Shown: positions 52,322 through 60,730 of the stretch, one piece after another
Numbering within the stretch: position 1 is the first letter of the stretch
Layout of the letters: each line of letters begins with the position of its first letter
Origin: Gammaproteobacteria bacterium
GTDB taxonomy: Bacteria; Pseudomonadota; Gammaproteobacteria; UBA4575
Direction of reading: 5' to 3'
NCBI GenBank assembly: GCA_965243395.1
Contig: CBDEUS010000001.1
Coordinates: 192,001-256,000 of the forward strand
DNA: 64,000 nucleotides
The notes under the pieces: model-generated
Seen by the model: the letters and a program-made list of their open reading frames with translations, nothing else
Told to the model about the DNA's origin: nothing
Databases searched by the model: none
Translations under genes and position numbers: made by a program

Positions 52322-52457
52322 TTTATTGTGTGCTTAGAAAGAAATTATATCACTGCCATATATGAAATATGCGCTATTTCTAAGGTTGATATTAATTACT
52401 GCTTTCGACTCTGAGTCAATCAAAAAAAAGTCAATAAAAATGTTAGGAGGTAGTTTT

Positions 52458-52538
52458 ATGGATGGGCTTGCATACAACATCATATATTTAGTCTTTGTAG
52501 TTGGGCTTGCATATATTTTCTATGCCAATCTAAGTTAA
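52458..52538 (+). CDS. Putative 26-aa membrane microprotein
   Basis: AGGAGG RBS; MDGLAYNIIYLVFVVGLAYIFYANLS. Confidence 0.5.
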   Translation: MDGLAYNIIYLVFVVGLAYIFYANLS

Positions 52539-52615
52539 ATATATCTTTTGATAATTTACATAGTTGTACACATATCGTATTTACAAATGCTACAGATCAA
52601 TAAAAAGGTAAGTCT

Positions 52616-53119
52616 ATGAATCGGACACAAAGTATTTTCATTTATCTATACATTTTTGGAGTGCTTTTTTTTACGAATATAGCCAATGCAAGTAAACCAC
52701 CTGATGTAGATGCATTAAAAAATGTGAACGAGGGAAAAGTTGTATGGGATGTGACTGTAGGTAACCCTAAAAAGCTTTTGTTAATGCTAAAAGTAATCGA
52801 AGAAACATATTATGACCTTATAAATCAGAATGTTAAACCGGATATGGTTTTTGCCTTTCACGGACCTGTTATGAAACTGATAACTACAGAATCACCCGAT
52901 TTAGCACTTGATGAAGAAGAGGCGCATGAGGAAGTTTTGGAGTTATTGACAAGCTTCAGCCAAAAGCGAGGGGTAAAAATGGAATCATGTTCGATTTCAT
53001 CAAGATTACTCAATATTGAAAATGACACAATAATTTCTGAGATCAAACCTGTAGGTAATACCTTTGTGTCGTTAATTGGGTATCAAAAACAAGGCTATTC
53101 GCTCATACCAATTTACTAG
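52616..53119 (+). CDS. Periplasmic DsrE-family protein
   Basis: Signal peptide, VVWDV, AFHGP, MESC, YQKQGYSLIP. Confidence 0.8.
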   Translation: MNRTQSIFIYLYIFGVLFFTNIANASKPPDVDALKNVNEGKVVWDVTVGNPKKLLLMLKVIEETYYDLINQNVKPDMVFAFHGPVMKLITTESPDLALDEEEAHEEVLELLTSFSQKRGVKMESCSISSRLLNIENDTIISEIKPVGNTFVSLIGYQKQGYSLIPIY

Positions 53120-53204
53120 TAACTATTTTATTTTTTTTAATATTAACAAATATTCATAAAACTAATCTATCGGCAATTCTCATCCATTATTTAGGAGCTC
53201 GTCT

Positions 53205-53318
53205 ATGACTGAAGAAGAATACAAACATGCTATTAAAAACCTCGTAATTAGCGTATTTGCAGCGGGCGTGCCACTTTATTTGTTCTTTTTTTTAGCTATT
53301 ATTTTAGATAATCATTAG
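53205..53318 (+). CDS. Putative 37-aa membrane microprotein
   Basis: AGGAG RBS; MTEEEYKHAIKNLVISVFAAGVPLYLFFFLAIILDNH. Confidence 0.5.
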   Translation: MTEEEYKHAIKNLVISVFAAGVPLYLFFFLAIILDNH

Positions 53319-53331
53319 GATATAGAGTTTG

Positions 53332-53444
53332 TATGTATGCATTGGATAATAAGCAGACATTTTAAGTTTATAAATTATTGAATCTAACCTGACATTCTCC
53401 TCAATGGTTTAATTTATGACAACTTACGGCCAATAGCAGGCGTG
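53332..53444. repeat. Degenerate orphan copy of the bipartite cassette site (53-bp linker)
   Basis: TATGTATGCATTGGATAATAAGCAGACATT ... AATCTAACC ... TATGACAACTTACGGCCAATAGCAGGCGTG. Confidence 0.65.
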
Positions 53445-53508
53445 AATTAATCATCTTATACGCTTTGATTATGGCATTTTTCTTTTAATTTTTAGCAAGA
53501 TAACCTAT

Positions 53509-53877
53509 ATGAATCTTAAATCAGTTATTTTTTTAATTTTGTTTAATATTATTTTAGTTTTGTCTGGATGCTCATCACCTGAAGAAATGGCAGCCAACAA
53601 GGCTGAAAAGGAAGCACTTAAGCATCTTCACTCAGCGCAAAATGGTGCAGCAATTTCTCAGTTAAAACTTGGTAATGCGTACCATGTTGGTAATGGCGTA
53701 ACCCAAGACAATAAATACGCGTACATGTGGGTAAGCTTTGCAGTGGAGCAAGGATTAGGCGCTTCTGCGGATGAATCTTTTGAAAAAATAAAAGCGGATA
53801 TGACCTCTTCTGAAATTGAGGAAGCTAAAAAATTAGCATTAACATGTAAGAAAGAAAAAGGTTACAGAGACTGCTGA
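53509..53877 (+). CDS. Sel1-repeat lipoprotein
   Basis: Lipobox LSGC; SQLKLGNAYHVGNGVTQDNKYAYMW. Confidence 0.85.
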   Translation: MNLKSVIFLILFNIILVLSGCSSPEEMAANKAEKEALKHLHSAQNGAAISQLKLGNAYHVGNGVTQDNKYAYMWVSFAVEQGLGASADESFEKIKADMTSSEIEEAKKLALTCKKEKGYRDC

Positions 53878-53968
53878 ATTGCATAAATTCTTACTCTGGT
53901 CTAATTATGACCTATTGAAAATATTTACTTTGGATTAAATGCTTTCCTTGTATATATATCTACTATAC

Positions 53969-54004
53969 CTAACGATAAAATGTAGCCCCACATTGAGCAG
54001 GGCT
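53969..54004 (+). repeat. 36-bp imperfect direct repeat / hairpin, copy 2
   Basis: CTAACGATAAAATGTAGCCCCACATTGAGCAGGGCT. Confidence 0.7.
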
Positions 54005-54120
54005 TACTTAGTTAGTTATTATTGCTTAGCAAAGTCTTCATATTTATCCATAAATGCACGTACTTCGCTCGTAATGTTCTATCCTAAAAGAAGCACTTTT
54101 ATATGAGTTTGAAATGACCG

Positions 54121-54411
54121 CTACTGCTCAAACGGCAATTCAAGTTGACGGTCTACAATTGCCTGTAATGAGTCTTGCAGTTGTTGCGTAGAGATTTCTT
54201 GTCGATTGTATAAATCTAGTAGACAAAACGATTTATTGCCATCGATACCATGTGCTTTTGAAAACAGGTACATGCAATCATCGTGGTTAACTGCGTATTC
54301 GGGGTATTTTTTATCTAATTCGATCTGCTCAGTTTGTGTTGCAGCCTCGCGGGCACGAAGATATTGAATATATGGAGACTTCTCAGCTTCCCATTGATTA
54401 TTTATGTTCAT
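54121..54411 (-). CDS. Hypothetical protein
   Basis: 96 aa; AGGGGG RBS upstream. Confidence 0.55.
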   Translation of the reverse strand: MNINNQWEAEKSPYIQYLRAREAATQTEQIELDKKYPEYAVNHDDCMYLFSKAHGIDGNKSFCLLDLYNRQEISTQQLQDSLQAIVDRQLELPFEQ

Positions 54412-54587
54412 ATCAAACCCCCTTTTAAAAAAATCAAATGATTGTCTGATAACAGAAAACTGATTAATTCCATAAATTAATAACGGAACTCTTGTGATTT
54501 CCCGTTACTTAATATTTATTGTACCCTCATTAATAAATTTCAGTCAATCGTTTTTGAGCCCTCATAAATTGTTGATACAATTCACAA

Positions 54588-54770
54588 ATGAGAAAACGTA
54601 AACCGGGTAGACCAAAATCTGAAAACCCTGCAACTAAAAAGCTACCTATGGTGCGGGTTACACCAGACCAGTTAGAAAACTATAAGGAAGCTGCCGAAAT
54701 TGAAGGGTTGGCTTTCAGTGCTTGGGTTAGGACTGTACTGGATAAGGCTGCGAAGCGCGTTCTTAAATGA
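54588..54770 (+). CDS. Small ribbon-helix-helix-like DNA-binding protein
   Basis: PGRPK...VRVTPDQ..YKEAAE.EGL.FSAWVR..LD.AA. Confidence 0.7.
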   Translation: MRKRKPGRPKSENPATKKLPMVRVTPDQLENYKEAAEIEGLAFSAWVRTVLDKAAKRVLK

Positions 54771-54777
54771 AACAAGT

Positions 54778-55704
54778 ATGAGTCATGGCCCAACTAGAAT
54801 TAGTACTAAAGGATTATGCATTTATTGTCATTCTACAAATGTAGACTTAACTGATGAACATATACTTCCGTATTTCATTGGTGGTTTTCATATTATTAAT
54901 AATGCTAGTTGTAAAGAGTGTGCAAAAATTACAACTAAATTTGAAAGAGATGTAGCGCGAGGTTTTTGGGGAGATGCTAGAAACGCTTATGGAGCACCTA
55001 CTCGAAGAAAAAAGAAACGAAAGAAATTTATTTATCTAGATGATCAGATAAATATAGGGGGAAAGTTAAAAATACCGTTTAATGAATATCCTGCGCCTAT
55101 GATTTTTTATTGCATGGGCACTGCGGGGTTATTACTTGGAAACTCCGAATCCGTTGACAGCGCGAGCAATTGGACTTTTAAGGCGATAGTAGATCAAAAA
55201 AAACTTGAGGCTTTTGAGAAAAAATATCCTGGTCAATTAACTACAAAAGTTCGGTTCCCACATGATAGTTTTGCAAAATTAATAATAAAAATTGGTTATG
55301 GACAAATTTTGTGTTCTCTTGACCCAGGAGATTTTCGCCCGATTTGTTTGCCGTACCTTTTTGGCAAGAAAACTAATTATTCGTACATAGTTGGTAGCAG
55401 GAAAAGCATACCGGAACCAGAGCCAGGATTAGGTTATATAATGAGAAGTCATTGTATTGGGACTTCAGATTACTTACTGCTAGTTGCTGAAATAAGAATC
55501 ATCGCTAATAATCATACTCCTGCTTATCATGTAGTAGTGGGTGATGTATCTGGGGAAAATCAAGTAAGTTATGTACGCAAAAAAATTCAAGCAGTTTACG
55601 ATGTTATCATTCCAGATAACTCAGCAGGACCGCAATACACTTCTGATGAATTTCATTGGGCGCCACAAATCTGGCCATTACCAGTTCAGACTGAATGTAG
55701 CTAA
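54778..55704 (+). CDS. HNH-type endonuclease domain protein
   Basis: CIYC...LTDEHILP..IGG...ASCKEC Zn/HNH-like N-terminus. Confidence 0.75.
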   Translation: MSHGPTRISTKGLCIYCHSTNVDLTDEHILPYFIGGFHIINNASCKECAKITTKFERDVARGFWGDARNAYGAPTRRKKKRKKFIYLDDQINIGGKLKIPFNEYPAPMIFYCMGTAGLLLGNSESVDSASNWTFKAIVDQKKLEAFEKKYPGQLTTKVRFPHDSFAKLIIKIGYGQILCSLDPGDFRPICLPYLFGKKTNYSYIVGSRKSIPEPEPGLGYIMRSHCIGTSDYLLLVAEIRIIANNHTPAYHVVVGDVSGENQVSYVRKKIQAVYDVIIPDNSAGPQYTSDEFHWAPQIWPLPVQTECS

Positions 55705-55736
55705 GAGAAATTTGCAATCTAAATCATCTAAATTAA

Positions 55737-55925
55737 ATGAATAAGAAAAGAGGCATGCAAAGGCTTGGGTTATTGTTAGGGACGATAGGACTACTCTGGC
55801 TCTTTGTAATGTGGAATGCTTTTAGCGGCAGTAGTTTTTGGGAGGGGTTTTTAGCTGCAGGAGTTTTCCCCGTTGCTGTAGTGATGGGAATTTATTGGGT
55901 TATATATGGGTTTGTTGTAGATTAA
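55737..55925 (+). CDS. Small 2-TM membrane protein
   Basis: 62 aa, two hydrophobic helices. Confidence 0.55.
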   Translation: MNKKRGMQRLGLLLGTIGLLWLFVMWNAFSGSSFWEGFLAAGVFPVAVVMGIYWVIYGFVVD

Positions 55926-55935
55926 ATTTGTCATT

Positions 55936-56244
55936 TTATTTACCTTCTCTAATAATTGCATATAATTCTTCATCAGATAGTTCCTCAACTGGACGATCAT
56001 CTTGGTACGTATCTATAATTTTTGTCGCTTTCCCATCAAGCCGATCGCCAATTTCTTTTATTGCTTGCATATCACCGGCAAGTGCTTTTGAAATAAGCTG
56101 ATTAGCAATTTCACGTAATGCTTGGCCTCTATTAATTGAATTATTCTCAAAGTTATCTAATGCATGCTTAAGTGCATATCTCCATTCACTCGCTTTGCGA
56201 GCATTTTGATTGCCTTTTGGTGCTCCACCTTTATTCACTGACAT
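55936..56244 (-). CDS. Terminase small subunit-like protein
   Basis: GGAPKGNQNARK N-terminus, KALAGDMQAIKEIGDRLDGK, ELSDEEL tail, as seen in phage TerS-like proteins. Confidence 0.6.
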   Translation of the reverse strand: MSVNKGGAPKGNQNARKASEWRYALKHALDNFENNSINRGQALREIANQLISKALAGDMQAIKEIGDRLDGKATKIIDTYQDDRPVEELSDEELYAIIREGK

Positions 56245-56293
56245 AGTTGATTCAACCTTAAGTTTCTGTTTTATAGAATGATATTATTTGTCT

Positions 56294-57649
56294 TCAAACA
56301 TAAGTCACCATTTCTGGATAATATGATTCTGCAATTAACCTAATTGCATTGCTGTCTAATTGCCCATTTTCAATGTCATCAAAATCTTTATCGTCAAGCT
56401 TTGTCATGAATTCATCACAATCTACATCAGTATTTTGCAATGCAGCCTCAATTTTTATTCGGTTCACTTCATTCCTAGTCTGATCCGGGTGAACTTTCTG
56501 GACTTTGTGGTCCAAGTGAACCAGATTAGAGAGATGATTAGGTTCAGAAGGTTCAGGAAGTTCAGAAAGCTCATTAGTTTCTTCTTGGGGGTCTTTTGAA
56601 CCGAATCGTTCTGCATTGAGTTTATTAACAAGTGCCTCAGGTAACTGCCAGATACATTCACGACCATTAGGGATCGACTCAATACCTAACTTACATGCTG
56701 CTCGCTTGATCGTGCTATCAGTAAAGTCTTGTTTTTTTAAATCCCTGAAGACATCTGCACGCTTTCTTGCTCCGTTTATGAGTAGTTCTATTAGTGCTGC
56801 TTTTGTTTCTTCGAGTATAAATTTTCGGTCAATTTGTTCTTCTGTAGAAAAAGCTTCTTCAGCACTTTGTGTGACTGGCTCCAATTCCCATTGCACAATT
56901 GGAAGACCGTCATGATCAATCACGCTATATGCTAAACCCGGTGTTTCTTTTGATAGGTTCGCCTTCAATGGAAGCATTAGTCTTCTAGTGGGATCATCTT
57001 GATCTTTTGTAATGGCGAACGCTGCACGAGCAGCGGCTACGAATGCAATGGAACCACTTAAACGGTGTAGAGGCGTTTCACTAGTTGATTTATTTAAGTG
57101 TTCTATTCCTATGACTGCGATTTCCAACCTTGCTGCCATTTGCGTAAGTGGCGCGAGGATTGCGCGTGTATCTGCATTTTTATGCGTGTCGACACCTGCG
57201 CAATACTGTTTGAGAGGGTCAATAACCAGCAAACGGATATTAGGAATTGATCGTAATACTTCTTCCAGTAAACTAATATTTTGCAGTGAATAAGAAGTTA
57301 TTCTTCCATTGGGTTCGATTACATCACCTAAAAGCATAACTTGATTCAAGTCCGCACCTGCAGCCTGCAATCTTGGAGCGATGGTATCGGCTGCGTCGTC
57401 TTCTGATGCAAGGATTGCACAGGCTCCACGGGGACATTCTCCTTTATCAGGGAAACTTCTACCCGTAGTGACTCTTGCAATAATGTCAATAGACACGAGC
57501 GTCTTACCTAAACCAGGATCACCCCCAAGCAAACTTAACTTGCCTAAAGGTATTCGATTATTCCAAAGCCAATTCAAGGGTTTTATTTCTACACTGGATG
57601 CATTTGTGCATTCAATATGTCTTGCTTTCCTTATGGGCGTTGGGTTCAT
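56294..57649 (-). CDS. AAA_25/RecA-like replicative helicase (Rep)
   Basis: WLWNNRIPLG, Walker A GDPGLGKT, SEDD, Walker B LLVIDP, HLNK, GSIAFVAAAR, KANL. Confidence 0.85.
   Translation of the reverse strand: MNPTPIRKARHIECTNASSVEIKPLNWLWNNRIPLGKLSLLGGDPGLGKTLVSIDIIARVTTGRSFPDKGECPRGACAILASEDDAADTIAPRLQAAGADLNQVMLLGDVIEPNGRITSYSLQNISLLEEVLRSIPNIRLLVIDPLKQYCAGVDTHKNADTRAILAPLTQMAARLEIAVIGIEHLNKSTSETPLHRLSGSIAFVAAARAAFAITKDQDDPTRRLMLPLKANLSKETPGLAYSVIDHDGLPIVQWELEPVTQSAEEAFSTEEQIDRKFILEETKAALIELLINGARKRADVFRDLKKQDFTDSTIKRAACKLGIESIPNGRECIWQLPEALVNKLNAERFGSKDPQEETNELSELPEPSEPNHLSNLVHLDHKVQKVHPDQTRNEVNRIKIEAALQNTDVDCDEFMTKLDDKDFDDIENGQLDSNAIRLIAESYYPEMVTYV
56481..56576. repeat. Inverted arrays of 9-bp iteron-like repeats (candidate origin)
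   Basis: 5x TGRWCY-nnn (56481-56525) facing 4x RGYTCA-nnn (56541-56576). Confidence 0.6.
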
Positions 57650-58113
57650 GCAGCCTTCCTTTGCTGAATATCAGGTTGTTCTTCAGGATTAGGTTGCTTC
57701 CAAAAAACGGTTTCGTTGTTAACAACTCCATAAACTTCTGCAGCTCCACATATAATTAATGCTTTTCCTAATTCATAGATATGTTGATTACATTCGCCGC
57801 GTGAAAGTATTTGTACCTTTCTATTTCTTACAGGCCAGGTGAATTCAAATGCACTCCTATTAGGTGGTAACGCCATTGCTGCAACTGGGAAGTCATCTGG
57901 TGTGTAAAAGTAAGCTTCTGCACAACGTTCTAAGGCTTCGTCTCCTACATATATATGTGTTATTGGATCTCGGTTATCTACTTCATTTGCATGCGGTGGA
58001 TTTTTACTTCCACATCGTTTGTTAGTAGTGGTATCATTCGACGTGTCCTTGATGCCGTCTGTAAAAGCATCTTTAGAAAAGCCCGATTGCCCGATCGGGT
58101 TTTTTGTTTCCAT
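57646..58113 (-). CDS. Hypothetical protein of replication module
   Basis: GAGGA RBS; stop overlaps the helicase start (ATGA). Confidence 0.65.
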   Translation of the reverse strand: METKNPIGQSGFSKDAFTDGIKDTSNDTTTNKRCGSKNPPHANEVDNRDPITHIYVGDEALERCAEAYFYTPDDFPVAAMALPPNRSAFEFTWPVRNRKVQILSRGECNQHIYELGKALIICGAAEVYGVVNNETVFWKQPNPEEQPDIQQRKAA

Positions 58114-58137
58114 AGTATATTTCCTCTTGTTGGTTCA

Positions 58138-58368
58138 TTAAGCTGCTGCTGTATTGGCTTGCTCAGCAAATTGAGAATTAAACTTTTCTAGTGTCTCTTT
58201 ACGGTATAGAACTTTTTTCCCACGTTTTTCAAATGCAGGAGCTTGCTTACCAAATAACTCGCCAGACATTCGAGATTGTTTTAATGTATTAGGTGAACAA
58301 CCGATTTCAATTGCTGCCTCGTGTGTAGATAGCAATTGTTTGAGAGTAAGATTTGTTTGCTGTTTCAT
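58138..58368 (-). CDS. HTH excisionase/AlpA-like protein
   Basis: LLSTHEAAIEIGCSPNTL...P.F.K.GKKVLYRKETLEKF. Confidence 0.8.
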   Translation of the reverse strand: MKQQTNLTLKQLLSTHEAAIEIGCSPNTLKQSRMSGELFGKQAPAFEKRGKKVLYRKETLEKFNSQFAEQANTAAA

Positions 58369-58533
58369 ATATCACCGCATATATAAGTATCTGAGGTGAT
58401 TAGGTTGTATCCGCGATTTCCGCGAATCAATATGCAAGACTAAATTTATTCATTTCCAAATGATTGAAAATTAAAAGAAATATTGCATTGGTGAAAAAAG
58501 TTCCGCGCGCGGGTTTGCGCGAACGATAGAAGT

Positions 58534-59247
58534 TTATTTTTTGCGAGGACTTCGGGTAAGCCTGGCAATTCTACTAGCAGATTTACCTCTACTTTTATCT
58601 GTTCCTTCTAGTTTTTCACATAGCTGTTCATGAGAGAGATTAGGAAATTTTTTATGAAGATCATTTACAGCTTCTTGTAGCTGAGGGTCTCTATCTGAAC
58701 TACCAGCGAAAAATTCATTAAAGTGATTAAAAGGGATTTGCATTTCTTCTGGAATAGACAAATTAGCTTTTCCCGCAGTAGAAATTATTTCATTAGGAGA
58801 TAATTTTTCGTCTCTATCAATAAATGTATTAAACCTATGGTAGTCTTCGTTTTGCTCTTGTGACCATTGTGCTTCACTACGTGTTATAGGTATTTTAGAT
58901 AAATAACAGAATGCTTCTTGAACAGAGAATTTCCTTTCGCAATAAACAGCTTCAGCAAATAATGTGTAATCGGGTTCATTCGATGTTGAAAATGAAATTG
59001 GTGGGTCATTGAGTAGGCCCGGAAAACCATAACCATACTTCTCGTAAAACCAACCTGAAAATATTTCTTTATTAATATAGTTTGACTTAACACATTCAAG
59101 TTTCCCTTCATTAATTGCGTTTCTAATATCTTCTTTGAGCTCATTGCTGGATTTTGGAGATTCATCTTCATCAGGATCGTAGACCTCTAGAATTTCATCT
59201 ATCTTCCAATATTTTATAAGTGGGAGTTTTTCAGGTAGGTCTAACAT
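58534..59247 (-). CDS. Hypothetical protein (possible regulator) downstream of integrase
   Basis: 237-aa ORF starting 5 bp after the int stop; possible C-terminal HTH. Confidence 0.6.
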   Translation of the reverse strand: MLDLPEKLPLIKYWKIDEILEVYDPDEDESPKSSNELKEDIRNAINEGKLECVKSNYINKEIFSGWFYEKYGYGFPGLLNDPPISFSTSNEPDYTLFAEAVYCERKFSVQEAFCYLSKIPITRSEAQWSQEQNEDYHRFNTFIDRDEKLSPNEIISTAGKANLSIPEEMQIPFNHFNEFFAGSSDRDPQLQEAVNDLHKKFPNLSHEQLCEKLEGTDKSRGKSASRIARLTRSPRKK

Positions 59248-59252
59248 AGTTT

Positions 59253-60497
59253 TTAAATATCATTTAACAAAGCCACAGCCGCAGCCTTATGCTCAGGCGC
59301 TAAATGTGCATAGCGTAGCGTCATGGATAGCTCTGAATGACCAAGCAATTCACGTACAGTATTTAAATCAACACCTGCCATGACTAACTTGCTCGCAAAG
59401 TGGTGTCGTAAATCATGAAAGCGAAAGTCTTTTATCTGAGAAGTCTTTCGTAGGTTTTCCCAAGCGGTTTGAATGTTATCGAAACGTTTACCTGTATTAG
59501 GATTAGGGAATACAAATCTCTTTGATTCAGTCTGATTTCTCCAAGCGATTAACGTACCCAGTGCTTCATCGTTTAGAGGGATGTGACGTGTTGAACCTGA
59601 TTTAGATGAAACACCTTCAACAGTTATGTTTCTTTTCTTGAGATCGACGTTTTCCCATCGAAGATCAAACAACTCACCTCTGCGCATACCTGTGTTTATG
59701 GCTACTAGAATCATGGGCTTTAAGTAATCAGCAAATGACTTTTTGCTTAAATCTTCTAATAGTTTCTTGCCTCTAGCTGCTCTCCAATCATTTCCAGATT
59801 GTCTATCCTTGATAATACTTTTCTCTCTAGAATCTAATGCTTTTCTGAGTCTCTTTTCTTCATCATCCGTCAAGTAGCGTATCTTTCCTTTACTATCGAC
59901 CTTTAAAGGTTTGACCTTTGTAAGAGGGTGCTTGTTAATAACTCCCCATTCGAGTGCTTTAGATAAGACGGCTTTCAACGCCATCAACTGACGATTAACC
60001 GTTGAGGGTTTGAGACCCTCCTTAATTTCCACAGTCCGCCACTTTTGTATTTCCCATGGAGTGATTTCTTCCATATTGTGTTTCATAAGATGAGGGAAGG
60101 CGAGGTTAAGTTTCTTGAGAGTTTCCTCACCCGATTTACGTTCGACGAGTACCCAAGGTTTATATTTATTCTCGATGAACTTGCCTAGGACTTGATGCTT
60201 TCTGGCTTCACTTCTTTTCTTGGCTGATTTTTTGTTTTCTTGAATGTCCTGGCCTTTGGCTAATTCACCTATTTTGATCTTTGCATGTTCACGAGCTTGA
60301 TCAGCAGTCAGTTTGCCATACTTGCCTAAGGTGTATTCTTTACCTGAACCATTGTGACGATAGTAAATACAAAAGCTTTTCACTCCGCTTGGCATGACGC
60401 GTAAGAAGAATCCAGGCTGTTCGGTATCCCAAACCTTGTAGTACTTAGATCGTGGCTTAAAAGCCTTTACAGTGCGTGTCGTAAGCTTCTCTTTCAC
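59253..60497 (-). CDS. int: Tyrosine recombinase/integrase with N-terminal arm-binding domain
   Basis: N-terminal VWD..PGF.LRV.PSG.KSF...TLGKYG; catalytic TGMRRGE, K, FHDLRH, LLGH, RYAH. Confidence 0.95.
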   Translation of the reverse strand: MKEKLTTRTVKAFKPRSKYYKVWDTEQPGFFLRVMPSGVKSFCIYYRHNGSGKEYTLGKYGKLTADQAREHAKIKIGELAKGQDIQENKKSAKKRSEARKHQVLGKFIENKYKPWVLVERKSGEETLKKLNLAFPHLMKHNMEEITPWEIQKWRTVEIKEGLKPSTVNRQLMALKAVLSKALEWGVINKHPLTKVKPLKVDSKGKIRYLTDDEEKRLRKALDSREKSIIKDRQSGNDWRAARGKKLLEDLSKKSFADYLKPMILVAINTGMRRGELFDLRWENVDLKKRNITVEGVSSKSGSTRHIPLNDEALGTLIAWRNQTESKRFVFPNPNTGKRFDNIQTAWENLRKTSQIKDFRFHDLRHHFASKLVMAGVDLNTVRELLGHSELSMTLRYAHLAPEHKAAAVALLNDI

Positions 60498-60499
60498 CG

Positions 60500-60518
60500 T
60501 TCCTGCACAATTCCTGCA
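60500..60518 (+). promoter_or_regulatory. Putative integrase arm-type binding site (right), over the int RBS region
   Basis: TTCCTGCACAATTCCTGCA, 2 bp from the int GTG start. Confidence 0.7.
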
Positions 60519-60650
60519 TAATTAAAATACACTCATATACCTTGAGTGACTAAAATAAGGTTAATAAAAGCCTATAAATATAGGGATTATAACGAATATT
60601 AGGTATATAAAGGTATCTTACAGGATAGGGAAGGATAAGGCTATAACGCT

Positions 60651-60695
60651 TTCATAATGCTGGGGTCATTGGTTCAAGTCCAATCATAGCCACCA
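60651..60695 (+). repeat. attR core (duplicated 3' half of tRNA-Met)
   Basis: 45-bp identity to 40132-40176, starting at the anticodon loop. Confidence 0.95.
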
Positions 60696-60713
60696 CTCTT
60701 TCGAGTGGATTTT
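60693..60713. terminator. Hairpin after attR, probably the original tRNA-distal terminator
   Basis: CCACTC-TTTC-GAGTGG followed by ATTTT. Confidence 0.45.
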
Positions 60714-60730
60714 ACTCGCAAAAATTATTT

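Larger units (their letters stand above)
40132..60695. mobile_element. ~20.5-kb tRNA-Met-integrated element with phage-satellite-like backbone
   Basis: Perfect 45-bp direct repeat at both ends, tyrosine integrase next to the right att, excisionase-like/helicase/TerS-like genes, accessory cargo. Confidence 0.93.

Noticed and set aside
53897-53912. TGGTCTAATTATGACC resembling the linker end and start of a B palindrome
   Set aside because: Only about 16 bp of similarity, with no core or right arm.
58409-58524. TCCGCG repeats upstream of the excisionase-like gene
   Set aside because: Three short copies with irregular spacing; possibly operators but too weak to support.
60651-60695. Second tRNA-Met gene
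   Set aside because: Only the 3' 45 nt are present, with no acceptor 5' strand or D-arm; this is attR.
40132-60695. Complete prophage or ICE
   Set aside because: No structural, lysis, large terminase, relaxase or conjugation genes are recognisable.
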